64,000 nt of DNA from an uncultured Nitrospiraceae bacterium (GCA_963727775.1 CAVSHB010000003.1:384001-448000), one strand, 5' to 3'. Shown: positions 12,417 through 21,330, numbered from the stretch's first letter. Numbers and translations: made by a program. The notes: generated by a model not told the origin, from the letters alone.

Positions 12417-12746
12417 ATGGAACTGAAAAATGATCATTACACGTATAGGGTAACTTGGTCGGCAGAAGACAACGAGTATGTCGGACTTTGTGCCGAATTT
12501 CCAGGTTTAAGCTGGTTGGCAAAAACACCCGATGCGGCGTTGAAAGGTATCCGCAAAGTTGTTGCCGAGGTGGTAGAAGATATGAAGAAGACAGGAGAGT
12601 CCATCCCGGAACCGATAGCTACTCGCCGCTACAGCGGAAAATTTGTAGTTCGCGTTACTTCTGAAACACACAGATGTCTTGCTATCCAATCGGCTGAAAC
12701 TGGAGTAAGCCTGAATCGTCTTGTCGCCGCCAAATTAAGCCGGTGA
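12417..12746 (+). CDS. hicB: HicB-family antitoxin
   Basis: YTYRVTWSAEDNEYVGLCAEFPGLSW, IPEP, YSGKFVVRV, GVSLNRLV (RHH). Confidence 0.9.
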   Translation: MELKNDHYTYRVTWSAEDNEYVGLCAEFPGLSWLAKTPDAALKGIRKVVAEVVEDMKKTGESIPEPIATRRYSGKFVVRVTSETHRCLAIQSAETGVSLNRLVAAKLSR

Positions 12747-12804
12747 GCTTTCGCAAAACGCTTTTCCGATAGGGTTTCTTTTATAAGGAAGACCGCAAAA
12801 AGAA

Positions 12805-12830
12805 AGGCTGAAGAATTTCTTCTCCAGCCT
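12805..12830 (-). terminator. Intrinsic terminator between convergent hicB and the small Lys-rich ORF
   Basis: AGGCTG...CAGCCT stem followed by TTCTTTTT on the minus strand. Confidence 0.6.
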
Positions 12831-12859
12831 AAAAAATGTGTGTGTGCACGTTAAAAAAC

Positions 12860-12919
12860 TTATTTCTTTTTTGCGGTCTTCTTTAGAGTCTTTTTTGCTG
12901 GAGCTTTCTTTGCCGGCAT
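12860..12919 (-). CDS. 19-aa Lys/Ala-rich peptide MPAKKAPAKKTLKKTAKKK
   Basis: Strong RBS AGGAGGTGA, ATG...TAA, downstream terminator; below ORF-track cutoff. Confidence 0.7.
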   Translation of the reverse strand: MPAKKAPAKKTLKKTAKKK

Positions 12920-13176
12920 TCTTTCTTCACCTCCTTCCTTTACCTTTACAGCGATAAGAATAACTTTCCGCTTATATTATTCATATATGATAGATTTGAT
13001 TTTGTCAATAGAAAAATCACTTTTTAGAACAATTGATGCATTTTTGTGAACGATAGATTAATATTAAGTACTGCTCAGCTTATCGAAACTCTGATCAATT
13101 CAACGACGCCCTCTTATCCGACCCCACTAAATTCCATCTATTTTCATTTATTATCGATTAGTGATAATATCGTTAT

Positions 13177-13464
13177 ATGATATTGTCTTTCAGGGACGAC
13201 GAAACGGACTTAATATGGCGTGGGAAATTTTCAAAGAAGATCAAGCTCCCCACAAATCTTCACAACCCGGCAAGACGAAAACTTAGAATGATTGCGGCTG
13301 CGGTGACACTTGAAACGTTGAGAGTGCCTCCAAACAACAAGCTCGAAGCTTTAAAGGGAGATAAGAAAGGGCAATGGAGCATTCGCATTAATGACCGGTG
13401 GCGTATTTGCTTTGAATGGCAAAACGGAAGCGCCCATAACGTTGAGATAACCGATTATCATTAA
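13177..13464 (+). CDS. higB: HigB-type (RelE/ParE superfamily) toxin
   Basis: MILSFRD, LRVPPNNKLEALKGD, QWSIRINDRWRICF, EITDYH. Confidence 0.93.
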   Translation: MILSFRDDETDLIWRGKFSKKIKLPTNLHNPARRKLRMIAAAVTLETLRVPPNNKLEALKGDKKGQWSIRINDRWRICFEWQNGSAHNVEITDYH

Positions 13465-13476
13465 AGGAGAGCAAAG

Positions 13477-13797
13477 ATGAGACACTTAAAGAACATTCAC
13501 CCAGGAGAGGTTTTACAGGAAGAGTTCCTGGTGCCGATGGGGATATCTGTTTACCGGATCGCCAAGGAAACGGGCCTGTCCCCGACACGGCTCGGGCAGA
13601 TCATTAGAGGTACCCGTGGCATTACAGCTGAAACTGCTGTTAAAATCGGGCTCTTCCTGAATACTGGCCCCGAGTTCTGGATGAACCTGCAATCGCTGTA
13701 TGATATTGAAGAAGCTGAAAGGAGGTATAGTAAAGAGGTCAAAGCAATACATCCTTATTCCCAGACGAATCGGGCAGCCGAAGTAGCGTGTAACTAA
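13477..13797 (+). CDS. higA: HigA antitoxin
   Basis: IHPGEVLQEEFL, RGITAETA, FWMNLQSLYD. Confidence 0.93.
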   Translation: MRHLKNIHPGEVLQEEFLVPMGISVYRIAKETGLSPTRLGQIIRGTRGITAETAVKIGLFLNTGPEFWMNLQSLYDIEEAERRYSKEVKAIHPYSQTNRAAEVACN

Positions 13798-13885
13798 TGA
13801 ATAGAATAATGATTCTGTAAAACCGCTATGTCTATGAAAGCGGGATGTTCAAAAACATGTGTTTTGTGAACAGTGATCGGACCTG

Positions 13886-15403
13886 TCAGGACTTGAGTAT
13901 CATCTGGTTCGTTGATGAGCGCGTTTCTCCTATAGAGGTCACGCGGACGGCGGCTTGATCGCGGATGGGACACTTGTTTTCACAAATCCCGCAACCGATA
14001 CAGAGATTCGGGTCTACATAAGGGCGCTTCAGCATTTTTTTCGTTCCGTCGCGAAGCGCTACCTCAACAGTCTCGAACCAGATCGCCTTCGGGGATGTGG
14101 GGCAGACCTCTTCGCAGACTATGCAGTCGATATTCATCGCCCAGGGCAGGCACCTTCCCCGGTCGTAAAAGGCAGTGCCGATCTTGAGCGGCTTCTGCCC
14201 GGCGCCCTTTCCAAGTTTTTTATCAAGAGTGAGAGGGCCGACGGCGCCGGTAGGGCATACTCGACTGCAGAGCACACAGTTGTACTCGCAGTAACCGATC
14301 CTATTGATCAGTATCGGTGTCCAGATCCCCTCGAACCCCGCCTCCAGTAATGCAGGCTGGATCGCGTTGGTCGGACAGACTTTCATGCACTCCCCGCACT
14401 TGATGCACCGCCGGAGGAAGTCCTCTTCGGAGAGGGAACCGGGAGGCCTGATCACGCGATACTGCGGTGACGTTTTGGAGGTGATGGTGCTTCGCATTAG
14501 GGGAAAGAGGACCGCCCCTGCGAGGGCGCTCTCGATCAGCCTGCGACGGTTTACGTCGAGAGGCATCTGGGCAGAGCTTGAGGGTTTTGGCAGGCCGTAA
14601 TGGATCGCGCCCTCTGGGCAGTCTTCGATGCAGTTCATACAAAGATGACATTCGGTGACCCGAAGGGCCGAGTGGGGATCACATCCGCCATGACAGTGGC
14701 CGAGGCATTTTTTGCAGTCGGTGCAAAGGTCGACGTCGCGCCATATCCTGAAGAGAGGCCGGAAAGAAAGTAATCCGAGTAGCGCGCCCAAGGGACAGAC
14801 CGCACGGCACCAGAATCGCGGCAGAAACCTATTCGCAAAGATCACCGCGAGGAAGATAAGACCCAGCAAAGTTCCGCCATTAAAAAGGGGCTGCTTCAGA
14901 TAGAGCCAACCCTGGCTGTGATTAATCGCCGGGAATACCGAGATAGCGAAGGACCGCGTGATAAATGGAATCGGATCGAGCAATCCGGTCTGGAGCGAAC
15001 CAAAAGCGGCAAGGGCGAGGAATAGAGCAAGGAAATAGTATTTGAGACGGTAGAGAGTGCGATAGGAATTCAGTGCAACGGTATCTACCGCCCTCAGCCT
15101 GGTAAAGATGCTTCCCGCAATCTGGTTGATGATGCCCATCGGACACACCCACGAACAGAAGAAGCGGCCGAAAAAGAGTGTCCCGCTAATGATAAAGAGC
15201 GAAAGGGCGAGTCCCTTATAGACTGTCCAACTGGTGAGAAAAGTGGCAATAGCAGTGAGGGGGTCGAACTCCAGAAAGAGCGGGGTCTCGTAGCCCTTCA
15301 TGCGCCTGAAACTCGTCAGCCAAAGAAGAAGTATGAAAAGCACTATGAAAAAGGCTGCGTAAGTTCTCCTGATATTTCTCAGGGTCAGGAGCTTTCGGAT
15401 CAT
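13886..15403 (-). CDS. Membrane polyferredoxin (NapH/MauN-like plus MauM/NapG-like domain)
   Basis: GRFFCSWVCPMG, RFWCRAVCPLG, IRPPGS and several CxxCxxCxxxCP motifs; TM helices. Confidence 0.88.
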   Translation of the reverse strand: MIRKLLTLRNIRRTYAAFFIVLFILLLWLTSFRRMKGYETPLFLEFDPLTAIATFLTSWTVYKGLALSLFIISGTLFFGRFFCSWVCPMGIINQIAGSIFTRLRAVDTVALNSYRTLYRLKYYFLALFLALAAFGSLQTGLLDPIPFITRSFAISVFPAINHSQGWLYLKQPLFNGGTLLGLIFLAVIFANRFLPRFWCRAVCPLGALLGLLSFRPLFRIWRDVDLCTDCKKCLGHCHGGCDPHSALRVTECHLCMNCIEDCPEGAIHYGLPKPSSSAQMPLDVNRRRLIESALAGAVLFPLMRSTITSKTSPQYRVIRPPGSLSEEDFLRRCIKCGECMKVCPTNAIQPALLEAGFEGIWTPILINRIGYCEYNCVLCSRVCPTGAVGPLTLDKKLGKGAGQKPLKIGTAFYDRGRCLPWAMNIDCIVCEEVCPTSPKAIWFETVEVALRDGTKKMLKRPYVDPNLCIGCGICENKCPIRDQAAVRVTSIGETRSSTNQMILKS

Positions 15404-16392
15404 ACGTTTATTTCGGCAACGTTGAGCGATTTCAAATCGGAAATCCCGAGGCCTCTTTGTTCCGCCATTAGGATAAAGGGAATATCCTCAACCTTCAGAT
15501 CAAGAAACCTCAGTCCATAAGACTCGATTGCTACCAGGTCCACTCCAGCGATAAGCGTGTTCTCTATGGATACGTCCGAAAGGTTGCCGCCGGTCGGACC
15601 GTTTCTCTTGAGTACCCTCGTGGCATCCATGACAGTGAGTGTCGGTCTGATCGCGCAGGCGAGGTCGGCGATTGCGGTATTTATGTCCTGATGCAGGCGG
15701 TTCCTCTGTCCTCCGAGGGAGCCGTAAAGGTTTTTCATGGCCATTGTGCACTTGCTCAGAGAGTGGTGTTTCACGACCGGCAAATTGATAAGCTTATCGG
15801 CCTGGTGGTAGAATGCGCTTACCGGCCACACCTTGAGAGATTCGCCCTTCAGGTCGGTGAGGACAAAGTCGTTTTCGGTAGTCAATCTGATCTTTCCGCC
15901 CGCTCTCTTCACCGCATCCTCGATTCCGGAACGGGCGAAACATCTGTAGGGATCGTTGACCGAAACATCTGTTGCCCAGACCTCCGATGCCCGCGCCTCC
16001 AGACAAAGCTTGACGACTGCAGCAACCACCGCGGGATTGGTGTTGGCCGCCTGCTCCGGCTGTCTGTCCCATGCGGCATTCGGCTTTAGCAAGATCTTTT
16101 CGCCGGGGTTCACAAACCGGCCCATGCCGCCGATCTTTTCGATAGCGGCCCGGACCATCTTCTCCACGTCCCGGCCGTGGACCACCGCAAGCTTAGGATA
16201 GACCGGTTTCTCTTCGGTGCGGAAGTCCTTGAAGGTGAGGATCCTGCCGTCGCTCCTGCGAACCGGCTCTTTACTGTAAAAGACATATCCCCACACGCCT
16301 GCGGTTGCTGCGAGACCGCACGTGGCGGCGGTCCTCACGAGAAATTGTCTCCTGCTAATGCCCGGTTCCCTTTTGTTATTCTTCGATGGCAT
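15400..16392 (-). CDS. DUF362 family Fe-S protein with Tat-like signal
   Basis: ISRRQFL, ILLKPN, NTNP, INLPVVKHH, MKNLYG. Confidence 0.88.
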   Translation of the reverse strand: MPSKNNKREPGISRRQFLVRTAATCGLAATAGVWGYVFYSKEPVRRSDGRILTFKDFRTEEKPVYPKLAVVHGRDVEKMVRAAIEKIGGMGRFVNPGEKILLKPNAAWDRQPEQAANTNPAVVAAVVKLCLEARASEVWATDVSVNDPYRCFARSGIEDAVKRAGGKIRLTTENDFVLTDLKGESLKVWPVSAFYHQADKLINLPVVKHHSLSKCTMAMKNLYGSLGGQRNRLHQDINTAIADLACAIRPTLTVMDATRVLKRNGPTGGNLSDVSIENTLIAGVDLVAIESYGLRFLDLKVEDIPFILMAEQRGLGISDLKSLNVAEINV

Positions 16393-16411
16393 AGGACCAC
16401 CTCAAGGGTTT

Positions 16412-17380
16412 TTACCCCTTCTCCTTCATAAAGAAATTCAAGATTTCTTCGTCATCCGTCCCGAACACACCGAAAACCGCATCGCGAGACCGGATGAGAA
16501 ACCAGTTGCCCTCATATCTGTCCATCACCTTGTACACTTCTTTGCCGCCCCTTTCGGTCTTTTCGTACCGCATCCCGGATTTTCTAAAGTAGTCAAGAAA
16601 GGAGGACAGCAGTGACCGCATTTCACGTTCACTGCCTGCCATGAGTGCCACCTTGATCTTTCCGCTGCCTGTGGAGTATTCGCGCTCGATCACATTATGG
16701 AGAAAATCGAGACCGCGATACCCCTCTTTTGCAAACCTCGTGTTCTCGACCTTTCCGAGATCAGGGAACTTCGAGAAGACCTCGAAGGAATCCTGTCCTG
16801 CGGGAAGAGTGTCAGCGAACCCCTTCGCGAATTTGATTACCGGCGTCTTCGGGCTGAAGGCCGATATCTTGACGTAATACCTGCCCTTGATGTAGTTCAC
16901 GCCGCCTGAGGTCTTGTATCCTATCGTTCCCACTGAGACCGGAGGAGGGTTTTCTCCAGACTCATCCGCCAGGACCCCGAAGGCCTGGATGCTTTTACCC
17001 ATGTCAAAGACCTCAGCCTGGATCTCCGCCTGTGTCGCCTTTGACCCCGCTGCAGTGTACTCAGTCACCGTCAGCCCTTGAAACCCGGCACTGATAAAAT
17101 ATTCCGCATGGCCGTCTACATGTTCATAAAGATTTTCCTTTGTGTAACGATGGGCCTCACCTAACTTCCGGAAGCCCGCGATGTCCTTAACGACAGGGAG
17201 AGGCTGCGACTCTTGTACAGCCTGAGGTGAAGCTGCAGGACCAGGGACTTCCTGCCGAGCCGTTGTCTTGAAGTCTATCAGGGCGGGATCATACTTCTGG
17301 CCTCTGAAATATACGACCCCGGCGATAAGCGGCAGCAGCCCAATCAGAAGAAGGCGGTATTTAAGCGGGACCGAGTTCAT
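16412..17380 (-). CDS. DUF6599-like exported protein
   Basis: N-terminal TM; YTKENLYEHVDGHAEYF, EVFDMG..QAFG, KGRYYVKI; start set at ATG 17380. Confidence 0.7.
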   Translation of the reverse strand: MNSVPLKYRLLLIGLLPLIAGVVYFRGQKYDPALIDFKTTARQEVPGPAASPQAVQESQPLPVVKDIAGFRKLGEAHRYTKENLYEHVDGHAEYFISAGFQGLTVTEYTAAGSKATQAEIQAEVFDMGKSIQAFGVLADESGENPPPVSVGTIGYKTSGGVNYIKGRYYVKISAFSPKTPVIKFAKGFADTLPAGQDSFEVFSKFPDLGKVENTRFAKEGYRGLDFLHNVIEREYSTGSGKIKVALMAGSEREMRSLLSSFLDYFRKSGMRYEKTERGGKEVYKVMDRYEGNWFLIRSRDAVFGVFGTDDEEILNFFMKEKG

Positions 17381-17390
17381 CAGACCCGCA

Positions 17391-18581
17391 TCAGACAATG
17401 AACGACATCGACTCATGGGCATCGCAGAGCATGTCTTTCACAGGAAGACCATGGGGACAGCTGCCGATACAACCCGGATCAACACAGCCGGAGCAGGCTG
17501 ATGCGTTCTTTTTCAATAGGGCATAGGATTCCATCGCCCTCTTTTCCATGCCGTAGTCCCTGAAATACATCCGGTATCTCATGACCGAGGCGATCTCAAC
17601 TCCCAGGGCGCACGATCTCTCGCACTCTCCACAGCCTGTTCTGCAGTATTCGCTGCCATACAAACGGGCATAACGATCGAGGACATCCTGATCGGCGGCG
17701 GTGAATTTTCCGCCCGAGGCCTTAAGATAGAGCTCGATATCAGAAGCTGTCTTCATTGTGATGATGAGGCCGCTCACCTCCGGCTGCTTCAACACCCACT
17801 TGAACGCCGCATGGGAGAACTCCCCTCCTTTGCCTTCTACATTCATATCCTTTGCGCCGGCGAGGGTCTTCATGGCGATCACGCCCACCCCTTTTCTGTG
17901 GGCTTCCTTCATGACCTCGGGCAACTTCGGAAACTTCATGAAGTTGAAGGACGGCTGGATCAGATCGAAGCGGCCTGATTTAACCGCAATCATCAGGAGT
18001 TCTTCCATATTGTTGGGTCCGTGAGAAGAGGTGCCGAGAAAACGGACCTTTCCCGCCTTTTTCAGTTCAGCCACGGCCTCGAACATCTCATCATCTAGGA
18101 GCCTTTTTTTCTCGGCTTCCAGGTCTTTGTTCATCTCACCTATGGCGTGCACAAAACAGAAATCGAGGTAATCGGTCTTCATCCTCGACAGGCTTCCCTC
18201 GACCGAGGCAATGTAATCTTTCTTCTTCGAACCCAGAGGGAGATGACCGGGATACGGCTGGGGGTTACAGAATTTCGAGGTAATGATGACCTTGTCCCTC
18301 CGGATCTTGCCCATGGCTTCGCCGATCGTCTTTTCAGATTGGCCGTAATCCGGGGCGGTGTCAAAATAGTTGATGCCGCTGTCGATAGCCCTGAGGACCA
18401 TCGAGGCGGCTGAAAGTTTTCCGGCGCCGAAGGAAATATCACTCATCTTCAACCCGGTCTTTCCGATTTCACGATAACTTTTGACAGAAGGTATGCCGGC
18501 AACTGTTTCCGCATGAAGCGGAGGAACTGCCACAGCGGCTGCGGTGAGAGCCGCCACCTTGAGAAAATCGCGTCGTTTCAT
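17391..18581 (-). CDS. Tat-exported aldo/keto reductase with C-terminal Fe-S motif
   Basis: MKRRDFLK, YREIGKTG, GINYFDTAPDYG, AMKTLAG, C-terminal Cys clusters. Confidence 0.9.
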   Translation of the reverse strand: MKRRDFLKVAALTAAAVAVPPLHAETVAGIPSVKSYREIGKTGLKMSDISFGAGKLSAASMVLRAIDSGINYFDTAPDYGQSEKTIGEAMGKIRRDKVIITSKFCNPQPYPGHLPLGSKKKDYIASVEGSLSRMKTDYLDFCFVHAIGEMNKDLEAEKKRLLDDEMFEAVAELKKAGKVRFLGTSSHGPNNMEELLMIAVKSGRFDLIQPSFNFMKFPKLPEVMKEAHRKGVGVIAMKTLAGAKDMNVEGKGGEFSHAAFKWVLKQPEVSGLIITMKTASDIELYLKASGGKFTAADQDVLDRYARLYGSEYCRTGCGECERSCALGVEIASVMRYRMYFRDYGMEKRAMESYALLKKNASACSGCVDPGCIGSCPHGLPVKDMLCDAHESMSFIV

Positions 18582-18992
18582 AATGAGACCTCCTCCTCCG
18601 GCTGATAGATGACATCACGCCGAAAAGTTATTAACACGCGGTCATTTATAATTAGCATACTAAATCAGCGCAAATTTTTAAAAGGACCACATATCATTTC
18701 GTATCGATTTCTATTTGAGGCAACGGGTCCCCGGGGACACCATAGTATAATCGCATGGCAAGAATCGCACGGCGTGTAACCGCTTCACCGGGGGGCATTA
18801 TTTTATACAGTTGAAAAAGGTTCAACTGATTCTCAATATAAGCCTTAAAGAGTTAATAACTAATGATAGTGAGGGATATTAATCAATAACAATTATTATC
18901 CGAATTAGATTAACTTCAAGCATTGTTTTTATCATTTAATCAGCTCTTGATATATCTCAAAAAAAGAGTAAACTTATAATCAAGAGAAGAAA

Positions 18993-19153
18993 TTGCGATA
19001 CTCAGGACGGATTAAACCTGAGATTATAAGCAGTAAAGGGAGCGGGAGTTGGATGCGGTGATCAGCCTCCGGCAGTACCAGCAGTAAAGGAGGAAAGAAG
19101 CATCTGCCGAAGCCCCTTAGAAAGCTCAAGGTTTTCCGGATCTGAGTTCGCAA
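18993..19153 (+). ncRNA. 6S RNA-like rod, copy 1
   Basis: Closing stems TTGCGA/TCGCAA, CTCAG/CTGAG, CGGA/TCCG, AAACCT-GAG/CTC-AGGTTT, central bubble, GGGAGC...GCCCC terminal arm; TTGATA...TAAACT/TATAAT upstream. Confidence 0.65.
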
Positions 19154-19163
19154 GTAAAAGAAA

Positions 19164-19330
19164 TTGCGATACTCAGGGCGGGATTAAACCTGAGGATCAA
19201 CCGTAGAAGGGGAAGCAGGAGTTAGATGCCGGTGAGTAAGCCTCCAGCAGCGAGGAGGAAACCTAAAGGCATCTACCGAAGCACCCACTTAGACGAAAGA
19301 GCTCAAGGTATCCCGGAACTGAGATCGCAA
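19164..19330 (+). ncRNA. 6S RNA-like rod, copy 2
   Basis: Same rod; has GGGGAAGC...GCACCCACTT...GAGCTCAA, resembling the GGGAGC/GCACCCAC/GGTTCAA motifs of 6S RNAs. Confidence 0.72.
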
Positions 19331-19578
19331 GTTATGCTGGAGCCATAAAAGGGTGTTTGGTCATTCTGCCGAGGCAAAGGCAGAAGTTGAAATTGCCGGC
19401 GCAGAGAGGTTGTCCAATCAAGTTGAACCCTTAAATTGGCTCTATTTATTTTGTGCATATTAAGCTTTTCTTTTTTATAAATGTTTTTCTCTAATTTTTA
19501 TATGCAGCATTGGTAATCCCGGCCGTTGCCCTTTAAGACCAATATAATTATACAAAGCCTGCCCCGCCACGTTCTATT

Positions 19579-20022
19579 TTAATGCAATATCGACACTGCC
19601 GGCCTTCCGCTCGGATCGTTTTTTGCAGGGTCCCAAAGGATATAAACTTTGCCGTAGGTTTCTTCCATGCCTTTCAGCGTCTTTGCCCCTTCTTCAGGAG
19701 AAAGGTCAGGGAGAGTCGGCTCTACTTTCTTAAGCTCGATCTTATGGTAGTGCCAGAGCGCCTTTTCTTTCTTCGGGAATTTTTTCCATGTCTCTTTGTC
19801 CACAACCACCTCAACACCTATGAGCCTTGCATCCGGCTTGTCGCTGTCATAAAGCTGGCATTCAAAGAGTCCGCCTGATACTTGCTTGCAATAGTGGTGA
19901 GCGATCATGTCGGGCATCTTGGGAATATGCTTTTTTGCATTAATGTGGAGGGTCCAACCCTCGGTCGGTTTCATGTCCTGCTGTGCCGTCTTTTCCTCGG
20001 CAGACACCGTAAACATGACCAA
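19579..20022 (-). CDS. DUF1264 (OBAP-like) protein
   Basis: AHHYCK, ECQLYDSD.PDARLIGVE, WHYH, ETYGK; start uncertain. Confidence 0.75.
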   Translation of the reverse strand: MVMFTVSAEEKTAQQDMKPTEGWTLHINAKKHIPKMPDMIAHHYCKQVSGGLFECQLYDSDKPDARLIGVEVVVDKETWKKFPKKEKALWHYHKIELKKVEPTLPDLSPEEGAKTLKGMEETYGKVYILWDPAKNDPSGRPAVSILH

Positions 20023-20209
20023 TAATGCAAAAGAAAAAACTAAGACTGAGATAGTAAATATCTTTCTAAAGGGCGGAGTAATGAATCCTTCCCGGACTTT
20101 GTAACCTTTTGATTGTTTTCAAAGTCTATTATAATAAAAAGAGATGGATAAGAAATTTCTTAATTGTGGAGGAGAGAATAAAAAAGCCTCTGCACAAAAG
20201 GAGATGGAA

Positions 20210-20584
20210 ATGAAAAAGGCAGTTTGTGTTGTCGTTGGCGTTTTGTTACTGCTCTTTGCAATCACCATCCCTGGCTATGCACGTGATGGTGGTCACTTTT
20301 ATGGCGGCGGACACTTTCATGGTGGGGGTATCTGGATCGGGCCAGGATGGGGCGGATGGGATCCGTGGTGGTGGGGCCCTCCATACTATCCGTACTACTA
20401 TCCTGAACCACCCGTGGTCATCCAGCAGCAGCCTCCGGCATATGTCGAGCCGAGACCGCAGCCGGAGGAACAGTATTACTGGTATTTCTGCCGAAAACCT
20501 GAGGGATACTATCCTTACGTGAAGAAGTGTCCTGGTGGATGGCTTAAGGTAGTTCCGCCAACTCCACAGGACGAGGAGGAGTGA
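20210..20584 (+). CDS. Secreted Gly/Pro/Tyr-rich hypothetical protein
   Basis: Signal peptide, GG-rich stretch, YYWYFC..PEGYYPYVKKCPGGWLKV; RBS AGGAG before ATG 20210. Confidence 0.75.
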   Translation: MKKAVCVVVGVLLLLFAITIPGYARDGGHFYGGGHFHGGGIWIGPGWGGWDPWWWGPPYYPYYYPEPPVVIQQQPPAYVEPRPQPEEQYYWYFCRKPEGYYPYVKKCPGGWLKVVPPTPQDEEE

Positions 20585-20588
20585 AGAC

Positions 20589-21131
20589 ATGGTGAAGCGC
20601 AACAGAATCAACATAAGCATTTTTTTATCTCTGGTTCTGGTGACGGTTGCCGGATGTGCGACTGTTCCCAGGGGGCCGAGTGTCATGGCCCTGCCGGGCT
20701 CCGGAAAGACCTTTGAACAATTTCAGGCTGATGACATCAATTGCAGGCAGTGGGCGGCACAGCAGATCGGGCTGTCCCCTCAGGAGACTATCAATCAGAA
20801 TACTGCCACAGGGGCTGTTGTCGGCACGGCCATTGGCGCAGGGCTCGGCGCAGCTATAGGTGCTGCTTCAGGGCATGCAGGTACCGGTGCAGCTATCGGC
20901 GCAGGCAGCGGACTTTTGGTTGGAACTGCCTCAGGCGCCAACGCCGGTCAATTTTACGGACGGGAAGCGCAGCATCGGTACGATATTGCGTATACACAGT
21001 GCATGTATGCCAAAGGGAATGAGATTCCAGGGGTGGTGACGCGGACACGCCGTTCACCTCGTAGGATTGCCCCACCTCCTCCGCCACCAGGCCCGGGCTA
21101 TTACCCGGATACAGAGCCGCCGGAGAATTAG
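20589..21131 (+). CDS. Glycine-zipper lipoprotein
   Basis: Lipobox VAGC, GKTFEQFQADD..C, GxxxG zipper, YTQCMYAKG. Confidence 0.85.
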   Translation: MVKRNRINISIFLSLVLVTVAGCATVPRGPSVMALPGSGKTFEQFQADDINCRQWAAQQIGLSPQETINQNTATGAVVGTAIGAGLGAAIGAASGHAGTGAAIGAGSGLLVGTASGANAGQFYGREAQHRYDIAYTQCMYAKGNEIPGVVTRTRRSPRRIAPPPPPPGPGYYPDTEPPEN

Positions 21132-21141
21132 AGGTGCTTGG

Positions 21142-21304
21142 CCCGAATAATTCGTAAACGCATGATGCAAAAGCAGATGCAGTATTGGCGCTCATTTCTC
21201 GGTCCGCTTTCAGCGGCCCTCCGAGGTACAGAGTGTACACTCTGTAAAGCCGCTCCAATGCTGCATCTGCTCTTCTATCGCGAAAAATCCATGAATAATA
21301 AAGG
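21142..21304. repeat. Structured MITE-like repeat, copy 2
   Basis: Homologous to 5802-5910; termini CCCGAATAATTCGTAA and ATGAATAATAAAGG|TTAG resemble the IS1380 end at 10641-10660. Confidence 0.8.
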
Positions 21305-21330
21305 TTAGCAGCGACTGCAAAATGTGTATC

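Noticed and set aside
18993..19330. Tandem glycine or FMN riboswitch reading (CCGAAG, CTCAGG motifs)
   Set aside because: Motif order does not fit, each unit is a closed rod, and the next gene is convergent, so there is nothing to regulate in cis
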